Source of the DNA: a virus
Taxonomy: Duplodnaviria; Caudoviricetes
DNA: 32,467 nucleotides
Virus record (IMG/VR): IMGVR_UViG_3300003430_000040
Location: 1 to 32,467 of that record
Direction: 5' to 3' (one strand)
In this document: positions 11,301 to 20,524 of the stretch, one piece after another
Layout: the number at the start of each line of letters is the position of its first letter
How positions within the stretch are numbered: position 1 is the first letter of the stretch
Notes under the pieces: generated by a model
Told to the model about the DNA's origin: nothing
What the model saw: only the letters and a program-made list of their open reading frames with translations
The model's database searches: none
Position numbers and translations under genes: made by a program

Positions 11301-12676
11301 GCGACATCAGCGAACAGACCGAAAGCGCACTCAAGGAAGTTATTGCAGCCCTGCGTTACGAGCCTATTTACTCTGGTGCGCCTAAGTTTGGCGACAAGGC
11401 CATGTCTCTGTTCATGCAGTATGGGTACCTGACTACTGGTGGTCAGTTCGGCCTTGCTGCCGTTAGCGAAATTGCCCGTATTGTTGGGACTGTTGGCCTG
11501 CGAAACACGATTCGTCAGATGCCCATCATTATGGAGATGCTGAAAAATTACAAGAACCTTGACCGAGAGACTTCAAACTTTGCATCGTTCTTGGATCAAT
11601 GGTTCCACCCGTCTACGGACCGTATGCGGCGTGTTTTCATGGATCCCCTTGGGGACGCTAGTTACTCTGGTCCCTTTGCTGGGGCTGTCCGTGGGGCCAC
11701 AAATGCCATGTCGGACATCTCTGGTCTGGCCCCCATCAACAGCATGACCCAACAGTTGACGGCGGCTACGACCATTCAGCACCTGTTTGAGGTGGGCCGT
11801 AAGATGGGCACCAAGGGGCTGGATGACGCTACGGTGCGTACTCTGGGCCTTGAGCCGGATCAGTACCGGGCTCTTGCTAAGTGGGTGGCAGAAAATGCCG
11901 AAACCCGGGCTGGACTGTTGGGCGACCGCGTGGTCAACCTGAAGAACATGGACGGCCCTCAGATGCGGGAACTTAAGCAGTTCGTTGACCGCATGGTGCG
12001 TACCCGTATTCAGGATGTTCCTACCCGCGGTGACTTTGCTAAGTTTGCCTTTACTTGGTGGGGCCGTCTGTTTACTCAGTTCAGTACCTTCAATTTGAAG
12101 GGTATCGACAACTTCCTGATCCAGAATGCTGGCCGTGTCAAGGGTGGCGGTGGTCTTCAGGTTGCCAAGGAAATGACTGCAACCATGGTCCTTGCTGGCC
12201 TGATTGGCTGGGGCCGCAACAAGGCTGACTACGAGTCGTACAAGAAGGCTGGTAACTACAAGAAGGCCGAGCAGATGGAAGAACTCCTTAGTGCCGAGGG
12301 CTTCATCCGTGGTGCCTTCTCTGGACCCGCTGAGATGTACCTGTTGACCAAGGCTGGAGATGCTATGTGGTCGCTTGGGAGCAAGGATCCCCTGTTTGCC
12401 CCGTATCGATACTCAGGTCTGGATTGGTATGGTTTCCCGGGGCAGTCTATTTTCCGTAACCTTGGGACGGTTGTAAGCGATGCCCGTGGTGCCCTTATTG
12501 GCAAGCCGTTTGGGTTGGACATTGAGCGTGAGATCACGACCAAGACCATCCATGCAGGCCGTGGACTTATGCCCGGTCAGAACCTCCCATTCCTCAAGCA
12601 GTACCTGAACATTCTTGAAGAAGATGTCGCCTACGAGTACAACCTCCGGCGATCTCAACCCCGCTCATCGAACTGA
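8369..12676 (+). CDS. Internal virion protein, gp16-like
   Basis: 1435 aa, directly before the tail fibre. 'NYMPR.W' and 'G.LF.QF..F' motifs resemble gp16-family C-termini. Confidence 0.75.
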   Translation: MADFYFSSPIFAKTPAELAAERKALSEAPFHDPDMGLLTSSWAERFLSGATQSLLGSATFQAVEGGYDLLSGESDDPLNLETDVDQIDANSPTSFSMGNNRTGIIEKLNTIPQDEWQYALAARTYNEFLDRVEFIKRGTPEAQPSALGLATGMVADAGAMMVGGMLAEPIALAGLGTRTTLAGRAAAATYGRYGVQAAGTASRTAEAAAEAAATLSRTGLAARWAALGAGEEVVYAMAREGIDPNYDPTFGELAFSMTLSAGIAGGLGGAAFGRTFASDQIQDAAESMYRARQVDLPGGYTINYTPFPFQSAAYVDETVLRGTAAQATSGMIDTAAVAAKAEWDALPQALDPSQIGGRNPMMAAAFEVSLATGTQPTVQTFSAITRAMAAAQRAGGYGFGFNSVFWKELSKELGPEITEKLRPQGTRAVLSSADSRAVAVAERGELVDQVWQYFNTGRYGADPAAPQSLIFVVLEEIRTRGGTVNRQVVSEVIDELQAIAKNPPTRVNTKGRTVLDPAGRRAAVIGIINNRVGDLAAGSARTQGRAAGRTRKPVSIPESVLAKLGSRTTPRAAQAATGEAVMAGGPDGAPATPTAGNGTWDNAAPKQLTAFLTERIPLLSPLLNQAARAMESDNPAIRHIASLAFNARRSVGKAIKYTIFEEGTQLLHASMFSFLRGYRNTYLRFASGGGVNNVAADSVSLVDNLRFAFGNKAVRQDFNKRVAKQLRTGAFDDSVDAVNDAARGFQEIFQKVHGLAFESGLAGFTKSAVRNYMPRMWRFDLIRDIANTAEGTQVLERLIKQAIDKNGRKVVIDGVEEVFEGDSAAAAKAFTDRLISIAKNTENRPMSSQDQELVEALGDLLGPLKTKVGSKTPFGRSRILLDESTEIVVGKDLLGNGKATLALDDLFDDDLPKVFRKYITSVMGAVNERKLINAYNDALAANGFKGPKQILEDGTEIQEALKVNTIDEMLANARATGGDISEQTESALKEVIAALRYEPIYSGAPKFGDKAMSLFMQYGYLTTGGQFGLAAVSEIARIVGTVGLRNTIRQMPIIMEMLKNYKNLDRETSNFASFLDQWFHPSTDRMRRVFMDPLGDASYSGPFAGAVRGATNAMSDISGLAPINSMTQQLTAATTIQHLFEVGRKMGTKGLDDATVRTLGLEPDQYRALAKWVAENAETRAGLLGDRVVNLKNMDGPQMRELKQFVDRMVRTRIQDVPTRGDFAKFAFTWWGRLFTQFSTFNLKGIDNFLIQNAGRVKGGGGLQVAKEMTATMVLAGLIGWGRNKADYESYKKAGNYKKAEQMEELLSAEGFIRGAFSGPAEMYLLTKAGDAMWSLGSKDPLFAPYRYSGLDWYGFPGQSIFRNLGTVVSDARGALIGKPFGLDIEREITTKTIHAGRGLMPGQNLPFLKQYLNILEEDVAYEYNLRRSQPRSSN

Positions 12677-12693
12677 ATCTAAGGACTTAAAAA

Positions 12694-14292
12694 ATGCCCA
12701 ATAGTTATGTTGAGTATGTGTCTCCCGGGCCGAATAACAACCACACCTATACGGTGTATAATGCTTCTGGGGGCATTGACGGCTACATTGACAGGGACTT
12801 CCTTGAGGTGTATGTCAACAACACCAAGATTCCATATGGATCCCCGAGTAAAATTGGCGATCCTTATTGGATTTTGAGTGAACTTCCTGAGTACTCTTCG
12901 GCTATTGTCAGCGTTTTAGGCAATTCAGGAATTACCGCTGGATCGGCCATTCGTGTTCAGCGAGTCACTCCAAATAAGTTGGCAACTTTTAAGGACAATG
13001 TTCTTGAGTTTTTCAATACAGAAGTCTTGAATGCGGAGCAATTGAATCTGGCTATTAAGGCCATGATTCATTTGACGCAAGAAGCCAAAGAACAAGGTAG
13101 CCTGTCTTCTAGTGGAGGGCAGTATCTACCCAAAGACACCTCAAACCCTACTGCCCAGTTCTGGACGGCTCAGGGTTTGGATATTCGTAATCTTCCCACA
13201 ACCCCTCCTACAGCCACTTCGGCGGCTTCAAAAGGCTGGGTAGAGTCGGCTATTGCAGCATCGGGTGGAGGAGGCGGAGGCGGTGGTGGCGGAGGTCCTT
13301 GGGGTACAAACGACATTATCGACAACGCAATTACTACGGCTAAGATTGCAGCCGAAGCCGTCGATGTTAGCCGTTTGGCCGATGCTGCTGTAACCACTCA
13401 AAAGATTTTGGATGATGCCGTTACTACAGCCAAAGTGGAAGATGGTGCAATTACCGATGCAAAGATTGCTCCGGCAACAAGTGGTGGGGCTGTAGGTATT
13501 GATGGAAGCAAGATTCAACTCTTGAGTCTGCCCACAGATCGACTTATTGGCACAATTCCTATTGCTGGTATTGTGGCACCCGCTGGTGAGACAGTTCTTG
13601 GAACCGTTAATGGAATACGCTTTAATATCCCTTGTACAGCAACCGCTAGAACGCTGTTAGATGATGGTTCTATTAGCGCGATGCGAACCACTTTGGGTCT
13701 TGGGGCTTTGGCTACGGTTACTACAGTAACGAACGCAGAAATTTCACCTAGTGCCGGTATTGCTTATTCTAAACTGGCAACTATTTCACCATTTAATGTA
13801 GTCGCAAACAATAGTTCATCTACTGTTGCGCCGTCAGCCACAGCCATGAGTTCAATCCCATTGAATTCGTGGGGAACAGCCACGGGAAATGTGGCTATTA
13901 ATGCTGGTGGTGGAAGTAATCGGATTGTCTCCTGCGCTAACCCAACTGATCCACAGGATGTTGCTACAAAGTCTTATGTAGATAGCGCGGCCTCGGGCGC
14001 ACAAGTTAATACAGCAACAGGTGATGCCGCCGGAGATCTTGTTTACCCAATTGGCAGCACTCTTGCAATCGCTATTGACGCAGGGGGAACTGTAACCATA
14101 CCCCTAAATCAAGCAGTAACCGTGTATTATAATATTACAACCAATGTTCTAAGAACTACTACGGCTTCTGGATTTACTCTACTTAGTGGAACTTGGCGAT
14201 GCCGGGGATCAAATGTTATCCAAGCGGCCTTACCAACTGGTGGTATAGGTACTGTCTACATCCAAACCATCTTGGTCCAGAGGGTAGCCTAA
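12694..14292 (+). CDS. Tail fibre (T7 gp17-like N-terminal adaptor)
   Basis: N-terminal 'YID..FLEVYVN...IRVQRVTP...L.AEQLN......H..QEA.E'. Poly-Gly linker, ~10-aa 'A(V/I)TT.K(I/V).D.' repeats and a 'NPT.PQD.ATK.YVD' fibre motif. Confidence 0.85.
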   Translation: MPNSYVEYVSPGPNNNHTYTVYNASGGIDGYIDRDFLEVYVNNTKIPYGSPSKIGDPYWILSELPEYSSAIVSVLGNSGITAGSAIRVQRVTPNKLATFKDNVLEFFNTEVLNAEQLNLAIKAMIHLTQEAKEQGSLSSSGGQYLPKDTSNPTAQFWTAQGLDIRNLPTTPPTATSAASKGWVESAIAASGGGGGGGGGGGPWGTNDIIDNAITTAKIAAEAVDVSRLADAAVTTQKILDDAVTTAKVEDGAITDAKIAPATSGGAVGIDGSKIQLLSLPTDRLIGTIPIAGIVAPAGETVLGTVNGIRFNIPCTATARTLLDDGSISAMRTTLGLGALATVTTVTNAEISPSAGIAYSKLATISPFNVVANNSSSTVAPSATAMSSIPLNSWGTATGNVAINAGGGSNRIVSCANPTDPQDVATKSYVDSAASGAQVNTATGDAAGDLVYPIGSTLAIAIDAGGTVTIPLNQAVTVYYNITTNVLRTTTASGFTLLSGTWRCRGSNVIQAALPTGGIGTVYIQTILVQRVA

Positions 14293-14516
14293 TGCACTCC
14301 CATGACACTCCGGAAATTATGTTGGCGATTGGCCGTCTTGAGGGCAAAGTGGATGCGCTACTACAGATGCAGCGTCTTCAAGAAGATCAACTCAAGAATC
14401 ACGAAGGCCGTCTTCGGGAACTAGAACACTCAAAGTCGTTTACAATGGGCATTGCAGCCCTTATCGGGGGCGCGGTTGCCCTATTGACTCAATTCTTTTC
14501 TATTTGGAGAAACTAA
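14292..14516 (+). CDS. Small coiled-coil protein with C-terminal TM helix (holin/XhlA-like candidate)
   Basis: Coupled start in TAATG. IGRLEGKVD...RLRELE coiled coil, then hydrophobic MGIAALIGGAVALLTQFFSIW. Confidence 0.6.
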   Translation: MHSHDTPEIMLAIGRLEGKVDALLQMQRLQEDQLKNHEGRLRELEHSKSFTMGIAALIGGAVALLTQFFSIWRN

Positions 14517-14843
14517 ATGCGCTTTAAAAACCTCATTAGTTCTGATTCTAATAATGCTACCGGTGCTGTTTATAAGCCCCAAAATAACCCAGACCAATTT
14601 GGACTTCTAAGTGTTCAACACAATGGAGACAAGTATTTGTCTACTTCCACTTTTAAGTTGTTTTATCAAGGGTCGTGGGATAATATCACTTGGTTTGATA
14701 TCGCAATTTTTAAAACTAATGACGCTGATTACCAAGACTCGGTGAACAATTCTTGGGTGCGTGTTGTGCCCTTGGTTAGTTATGTTCGTGTGCAGTTTGT
14801 AAATAATGAAGGCGAAACAATTAACGCTACTTTGGGGGAATAA
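14517..14843 (+). CDS. Small beta-rich virion protein (possible spike base/decoration protein)
   Basis: GGAG RBS. 'YQGSWD..TWFDI ... SYVRVQF' beta-sandwich-like pattern. Coupled to the next gene. Confidence 0.5.
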   Translation: MRFKNLISSDSNNATGAVYKPQNNPDQFGLLSVQHNGDKYLSTSTFKLFYQGSWDNITWFDIAIFKTNDADYQDSVNNSWVRVVPLVSYVRVQFVNNEGETINATLGE

Positions 14844-17626
14844 TGAAGTTTAATTACATTATTCCAACAACAGAAGACGGAAAATCAAGAGGTATTGCTA
14901 CCCTCGGCGGCACCGAAACCGCAAGTACTGTTGGGGGCGATGGGCGTACCCTTGATCTACGCTTTCAAAAAACCCTACTCAATAACGGGGTCATTGCTAC
15001 AACGCAGTTTTCTCACTCCGTTACTGGGAAAACACAAAACGAAAACCTCTTACGCTTTTCAGAAAATTTTAACGAGTTTGCTGTACGGAACCCCGAATAC
15101 CTAATTTTGGGTGGCGGAGAAGACCTAGTTCCCACGGATTGGTCTTGGGTTAATGTAACGGCTCTGACTTCATCCCTCAGCAATCCGTTAAACACACAAG
15201 GAAACGCTACTTATTTGGTTCTTGGTAATACGGGACCCGCATTTCCCAATGAACTGAGAATCAACACCTTTGAAGTTCCTGTAAACATCGCCTCGCCCAA
15301 TCAATACACCTTTTCTATCTATGTAAAGATGGGAAATCCACCTACGGGGGGTGGGGACTTTATTACAACGCAGCCTTATAGGGTTCGTTTGTATATGTTT
15401 GCGTTTTCAGAAACTGGCCCAGATCCCGAAATTACGCTTGCTGATTCTACATTTGATATAGACCAAGGCATTATTGAAGCCTTTGTGTATGCCAATACCT
15501 CATCTATTCAGAATGTTGGAAATGGCTGGTATCGGGTATCGATTACTGTTTCAAATGAAACCAAGCGCGCTCATGCTTTTTTGGATGGCGCAAAGGTTTC
15601 TTGCCGTATTCGGGTTCTGCCTACCACCAGCCCTAATGTACAAGGAATTTACATCTTTGGGGCCCAACTTTCTGGGACTACGGCACCAATTCCTTATGTA
15701 AAATCGGAACATAAGGTTAATGTGGCTCCTTTTAATGGATACACAGTAAACCGAGAAAGAGCCCGAACCCCTCTTACACAATGTAGACCGATCAATGCGC
15801 TTTACTATAGTGAAAACTTAAGTATTTCACCATGGATTGCTCATAACTACGGCCCAACAAATACCGTACTGCGGACAGCAAATTTTGCACAGAGTCCAGA
15901 AGGAACGATTACAGCCACAAGAATTAGATTGTCTTTGGGATCTACCGAAACATTTTATGATCCGGATGCGCTATCCTTTGCCAACTCTAGGTGTGGGGTA
16001 TACCAAAGGCCGGGAGGCGGGTTTGCTGTATTTGAAACTTCAAATATCAGCACCAACCTAAAAACTTTTTCTATCTGGCTTAAGTCCCAAACAGGAGCAA
16101 CTTACACCGTTGCTTTGGGAAACCATTTCTTATATAAGATTACTGTGGGTCCTGAGTGGAAAAAGTACAGCATTCAAGCAAACAGCACAAATTTTATTCT
16201 TACTGGCTCTCAAGTAGGTTGCGGTATTTTTCTTATTGGTAACAGCGAAACCGATAAAACGGTTGACATTTTGGCATGGGGTGCCCAACTTACGCTGGAT
16301 TCAAGCAAAGAAAACCCCTATGTAGCGACTACAAACACCTTTACCTACGAAGCCCCTATTGACTACGATCCCCTTTCAGGCGAACTGCGTGGTCTCCGCC
16401 TAGAACCAGCGGCTACAAATCTACTTACAGATAGTCTTTGGACTAATCCTTTTATCAATTGGAGTTCGCTGTTTACTTACCAAAGCGGCACATTCCCCCA
16501 AAGAACTGCAATTGCGGCTTTGGACGCGCCATATCCAATTTTTAGAAGCACCTCAATGCTCTTGGACAATACTTTGCCTCCTGAATGGCAGGAGCCAAGA
16601 GGTCAAGTGCTTCAATGTGCAAACTACTTTATGGAACATGGGGTGAAGCGTTCCGTATCTTTGACTGCGGGAACTAGATATACTTTTTCTATCTATGTAT
16701 CTCCCCTACTCTATGGAATTGATGCCCTGTCTCCACCTCAATACTTGAATTTTATTATGGGAGCCAAAGAAGACAATTCGCTTCTCCCATCTTCTGCGGT
16801 CAATACTGCTGTTCGCGCTAGATTTATTGTAAATCCAAACCCTGATCAAGGGCTTTCATTTGGGGCGTTGGGAACTACAACTGTAATTTCGGGAGCAACA
16901 GGAACTACTTCAAGTATTGAGCGGGTTGGTCAAAATGTGTGGCGTTGTTCAGTTAGTTTTGTTGCTGACACAACAGATGTTGAGCAGTTGATTATTGCGG
17001 TAGAAAAAGATGGCATTGGTGTAACCTTTCTGCCACAAACATCTGAAGCGGGCATGGCTGTTGCGGCTCCTCAACTAGAAGTTGGACCAAAGGCAACATC
17101 TTTTATTGGAACTATTGGGGCACCTAGAACACGGCCAGCAACCGAGTACAAGTTCTTGTCTTCTTCTGGAAACTGGCTAACAAGCAGCAACCCCTCTTCT
17201 GCTGTTATTGATTTTAAGTGTGCAACTAATGCACTAAATCCCACCATTTTCAAGATAGGCACAAACGATAACAGCCAGTTTATTGCTTTGAACCAATCAG
17301 GCACATCTACCTTGACTCTTACGACCGTAGTGGATGGGCCTAGCGGGGTACAGACTTCTCAGGCTGCGTCGAATCTAGCGTTCAACAACTACCACGGCTT
17401 TGGGTATTCGCTTAATGTTGGCGCATATCTTCGCTCATTGAATGGTAGCACCGTAACATCTACGAACCTCAACAAGGCTCAACAAGTCTCAGCCCAGTTT
17501 GAAACGCTGAGTATTGGTACTACTACCTTTGACGGTTGGATTCGTAGAATTATTTTCTTCCCTACAAACCTTACCCAACAGCAGTTGAATAGTTTGACTA
17601 CTGTAACCCAGATAGGTGCTGAATAA
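14843..17626 (+). CDS. Large repeat-domain receptor-binding/spike-fibre-like protein
   Basis: Three related carbohydrate-binding-like modules (N(L/A)L..S ... TFSI(Y/W) ... W ... (G/P)AQL-type ends). AT-rich codon usage. Confidence 0.65.
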   Translation: MKFNYIIPTTEDGKSRGIATLGGTETASTVGGDGRTLDLRFQKTLLNNGVIATTQFSHSVTGKTQNENLLRFSENFNEFAVRNPEYLILGGGEDLVPTDWSWVNVTALTSSLSNPLNTQGNATYLVLGNTGPAFPNELRINTFEVPVNIASPNQYTFSIYVKMGNPPTGGGDFITTQPYRVRLYMFAFSETGPDPEITLADSTFDIDQGIIEAFVYANTSSIQNVGNGWYRVSITVSNETKRAHAFLDGAKVSCRIRVLPTTSPNVQGIYIFGAQLSGTTAPIPYVKSEHKVNVAPFNGYTVNRERARTPLTQCRPINALYYSENLSISPWIAHNYGPTNTVLRTANFAQSPEGTITATRIRLSLGSTETFYDPDALSFANSRCGVYQRPGGGFAVFETSNISTNLKTFSIWLKSQTGATYTVALGNHFLYKITVGPEWKKYSIQANSTNFILTGSQVGCGIFLIGNSETDKTVDILAWGAQLTLDSSKENPYVATTNTFTYEAPIDYDPLSGELRGLRLEPAATNLLTDSLWTNPFINWSSLFTYQSGTFPQRTAIAALDAPYPIFRSTSMLLDNTLPPEWQEPRGQVLQCANYFMEHGVKRSVSLTAGTRYTFSIYVSPLLYGIDALSPPQYLNFIMGAKEDNSLLPSSAVNTAVRARFIVNPNPDQGLSFGALGTTTVISGATGTTSSIERVGQNVWRCSVSFVADTTDVEQLIIAVEKDGIGVTFLPQTSEAGMAVAAPQLEVGPKATSFIGTIGAPRTRPATEYKFLSSSGNWLTSSNPSSAVIDFKCATNALNPTIFKIGTNDNSQFIALNQSGTSTLTLTTVVDGPSGVQTSQAASNLAFNNYHGFGYSLNVGAYLRSLNGSTVTSTNLNKAQQVSAQFETLSIGTTTFDGWIRRIIFFPTNLTQQQLNSLTTVTQIGAE

Positions 17627-17627
17627 A

Positions 17628-17834
17628 ATGAATAAGCAAATCCTTGAGTCCATCCATTCGGCTCTGGCTCAGGAACTGCTACGCAAGATCGAGTCCGGGG
17701 ATGCGACCCCCGCCGATCTCAGCGTGGCCCGTCAGTTCCTAAAGGATAACAGCATTGACTGTGCCCCTGCGGCCTCAGAACCCATGCTGAATCTCGCTAA
17801 GATCATGCCCTTTGATGAAGAAGAAGCCGCTTGA
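17628..17834 (+). CDS. Terminase small subunit (T7 gp18-like)
   Basis: 'LH..LA.ELL..I..G.A..ADL.VARQFLKDN.I' pattern, directly upstream of terL. Confidence 0.9.
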   Translation: MNKQILESIHSALAQELLRKIESGDATPADLSVARQFLKDNSIDCAPAASEPMLNLAKIMPFDEEEAA

Positions 17835-19486
17835 GTGAACTAGAACGCAAACTGAAGGACTTTCGGAACTTCGTCTATCTGGCGTGGGACCACCTTGGAC
17901 TACCGGAACCAACCCCGGTACAGGTGGATATTGCCCAGTATCTCCAGAAGGGGCCTAGGCGGCGAGTCGTTCAGGCGTTCCGTGGGGTAGGCAAGTCGTG
18001 GCTGACTAGTGCCTATGTGGTCTATCGACTGTTAATGGACCCCAAGTTGAATGTGCTGGTGGTGTCTGCATCCAAGCAACGAGCAGATGACTTCAGTACC
18101 TTTACCCTTCGATTGATCAATGAGATCCCAATCTGCCAGCATCTGAAGCCCAAGGAGGGACAGCGTAACTCCAAGATTGCCTTCGATGTTGGTCCTGCTC
18201 CGGCCTCGCAAGCCCCTAGTGTTGTTTCTAAGGGAATCACCAGTCAGATTACGGGTAGCCGTGCTGACCTGATCATTGCTGACGATGTTGAGTCATTGAA
18301 TAACTCTGCAACCTTCCTGATGCGGGATAAGTTGCAGGCATCGATTGCTGAGTTTGAAGCGGTCCTCAAACCCGGAGGGGAGGTGATTTATCTGGGTACG
18401 CCGCAGACCGAGCAGTCGATCTACCACGGTTTGCACGAAAAGGGCTATGACACCCGTGTCTGGCCTGCCCGGTTCCCTGATGAACGCCTGAAGGTGGCCT
18501 TTGGGGAGAAACTGGCTCCCTTCCTGCGGAACGGCATCATTGGTGACCCCACAGACCCTAGGCGTTTTAACACGCTGGATCTGATGGAGCGTGAAGCCTC
18601 CTATGGCCGTACCGGGTTTGCCCTCCAGTTCATGCTGGACAGCACCTTGAGCGATGCAGACAGGTACCCGCTGAAACTGAGCGACCTGATTGTGCTGGGT
18701 CTGAACCCCGAAAACGCCCCTGAAAAGCCCATCTGGGCCACAAATACGAACAACATCATCAAGGACATCCCCTGTGTTGGGTTCAATGGCGACCGTTACT
18801 ACGGGCCTATGGACATCCAAGGCAAGTGGATTCCCTATGAGGGTGGGATTATGGCTATCGACCCTAGCGGTCGTGGCGACAATGAAACCGCCTATGCTGT
18901 GGTGAAGATGCTGAATGGTTTCCTGTATGTGACCGCTGCTGGTGGTCTACAGGGCGGCTATGACGAGGCCACGATGACCAAGTTGGTCAACATTGCCAAG
19001 GCTCAGTCTGTCAACCAGATCATCATCGAATCAAACTTTGGCGACGGTATGTTCTCTGAACTGCTGAAGCCGTACCTGATGAAGATTTATCCGTGTACGG
19101 TTGAGGAAGTTCGCCACAACACCCAGAAGGAACGCCGGATTGTGGACACCCTAGAGCCTGTTATGAACCAGCATCGGCTGGTCTTTGACACCGGGGTCAT
19201 CCGAAACGATTACGAGTCCACCAAAACATATGCCACGGAGAAGGCCCTCCAGTATTCACTTATGTGGCAGATGTCCCGTATTACCCGGGTCCGTAAGGCT
19301 CTGGCCTACGATGACCGACTGGATGTCTTGGCTATGGCCGTAGGCTTCTGGGCTGAACGGATGGCTCAGGATGTTAACCGTAAGATGGCTAATCGGAAGG
19401 AAGAGGAGTTGGATCGTGAACTTGAACGGTTTATGGAACACGCTGTAGGGCGAAAGCCCAGAGGTGACACATGGATGAGCCTGTGA
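17831..19486 (+). CDS. terL: Terminase large subunit (T7 gp19-like)
   Basis: AFRGVGKS Walker A, TGSRADLIIADDVE Walker B, LGTPQTE, nuclease IDPSGRG.NET, ESNFGDGM and DDRLD motifs. Confidence 0.97.
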   Translation: MSELERKLKDFRNFVYLAWDHLGLPEPTPVQVDIAQYLQKGPRRRVVQAFRGVGKSWLTSAYVVYRLLMDPKLNVLVVSASKQRADDFSTFTLRLINEIPICQHLKPKEGQRNSKIAFDVGPAPASQAPSVVSKGITSQITGSRADLIIADDVESLNNSATFLMRDKLQASIAEFEAVLKPGGEVIYLGTPQTEQSIYHGLHEKGYDTRVWPARFPDERLKVAFGEKLAPFLRNGIIGDPTDPRRFNTLDLMEREASYGRTGFALQFMLDSTLSDADRYPLKLSDLIVLGLNPENAPEKPIWATNTNNIIKDIPCVGFNGDRYYGPMDIQGKWIPYEGGIMAIDPSGRGDNETAYAVVKMLNGFLYVTAAGGLQGGYDEATMTKLVNIAKAQSVNQIIIESNFGDGMFSELLKPYLMKIYPCTVEEVRHNTQKERRIVDTLEPVMNQHRLVFDTGVIRNDYESTKTYATEKALQYSLMWQMSRITRVRKALAYDDRLDVLAMAVGFWAERMAQDVNRKMANRKEEELDRELERFMEHAVGRKPRGDTWMSL

Positions 19487-19668
19487 CTGAGTGGTCGCTT
19501 AATCTGACCCACAAAGCGTGTATCGCCCTGACCAAGTATGAAGACCATCTCCGTCACGAACGCTCTCTGAGGGCGGCTACGGGGCTGGCAAAGGCCATGC
19601 GTGAGTTGCGCGAGGCTCTGCCCAAGGAACTACTGGAGGCTGTCAATGCCAAGTCCGTGCAACGGTAA
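19471..19668 (+). CDS. Hypothetical protein
   Basis: GAGG RBS upstream. 65-aa helical ORF overlapping the end of terL. Confidence 0.55.
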   Translation: MDEPVTEWSLNLTHKACIALTKYEDHLRHERSLRAATGLAKAMRELREALPKELLEAVNAKSVQR

Positions 19669-19885
19669 GAAGATCAACAAGCCCTTCAGGACCCCGGGTG
19701 GACCCAAGAAGTCTGCCGTGTGTGTCAAGGATGGAGACAAGACCAAGATCGTCCGGTTCGGTGATCCGAATATGAAGATCAAGAAGCACATTCCGGGTCG
19801 CAGGAAGAACTTTAGGGCCCGTCATAACTGCGATAACCCCGGTCCCAAGACGAAGGCCCGATACTGGTCTTGTAAGGCTTGGTAA
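19646..19885 (+). CDS. Small basic phage protein (KIVRFGDPNM...FRARH.C...ARYWSC family)
   Basis: GGAGG RBS before ATG 19646. The motif is recognisable from many uncultured phages; function unknown. Confidence 0.75.
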   Translation: MPSPCNGKKINKPFRTPGGPKKSAVCVKDGDKTKIVRFGDPNMKIKKHIPGRRKNFRARHNCDNPGPKTKARYWSCKAW

Positions 19886-19894
19886 TGGCTAAAG

Positions 19895-19951
19895 ATGAAG
19901 ATCGGGATGCGCGGTGCATCTGGTCCTAAAGTTTCTCCTGCAAAGAGGTAA
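19895..19951 (+). CDS. Possible 18-aa basic peptide MKIGMRGASGPKVSPAKR
   Basis: Fills the gap between neighbouring basic ORFs and has similar composition. No clear RBS. Confidence 0.25.
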   Translation: MKIGMRGASGPKVSPAKR

Positions 19952-19953
19952 TC

Positions 19954-20169
19954 ATGTCCCTGTTGAACAAGTTTATTGCTCCTGAACTTAAGATTCAGTC
20001 TCAGCGTGCCCGAGGATCAAAGAATAACCTAAAGACTCCTAAGATTATTAAGGCTGAAATTGCCGCAGCAACTTCTAAAGGAGCAATGACTTTGCGTAAT
20101 GTTAGTTCTATTAAAACCCAAACAACTATTCAGTCTCTTCCTAATACTGGCGGCGGAGGTAAGAAGTAA
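19954..20169 (+). CDS. Small basic hypothetical protein
   Basis: GAGG RBS, Lys-rich 71 aa, coupled to the next ORF (TAATG). Confidence 0.6.
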   Translation: MSLLNKFIAPELKIQSQRARGSKNNLKTPKIIKAEIAAATSKGAMTLRNVSSIKTQTTIQSLPNTGGGGKK

Positions 20170-20285
20170 TGCCAAAGAAGGTTGTCAAAGCCCTGATGAA
20201 GAAGGGTATGTCCAAGGCCAAGGCATATGCAATTGCCTATGGTCAGGTCAAGAACCGTCTTAAGGTCAACAAGAAGGCCAAGTAA
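20169..20285 (+). CDS. 38-aa Lys-rich peptide (MPKKVVKALMKKGMSKAKAYAIAYGQVKNRLKVNKKAK)
   Basis: Not in the ORF track. GGAGG RBS and TAATG coupling at both ends. Confidence 0.75.
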   Translation: MPKKVVKALMKKGMSKAKAYAIAYGQVKNRLKVNKKAK

Positions 20286-20509
20286 TGTCAGACCGTGACT
20301 ACAAAGAAGAATATCGAGAGTACCACGGTACCTCCAAGTACAAGAAAGACCGAGCCCATAGAAACAAGGTCCGCAGGCAGTTGACCCGTGAAGGCAAGGT
20401 CCGAAAGGGTGACGGCAAGGACATTGACCACAAGAACGGTAACCCCCGGGATAACCGTAGGACGAATCTAAGGATCGTCCCTAAGTCGGTCAATAGAGCC
20501 AAGCATTAA
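20285..20509 (+). CDS. Small HNH endonuclease-like protein
   Basis: 'DGKDIDHKNGNPRDN...NLR.V....NR' HNH(N) motif. Confidence 0.85.
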   Translation: MSDRDYKEEYREYHGTSKYKKDRAHRNKVRRQLTREGKVRKGDGKDIDHKNGNPRDNRRTNLRIVPKSVNRAKH

Positions 20510-20524
20510 CCCTAGGAGTCTCCC

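Noticed and set aside
13263-13297. GGN repeat as a G-quadruplex or microsatellite element
   Set aside because: Fully explained as a poly-Gly linker in the tail fibre.
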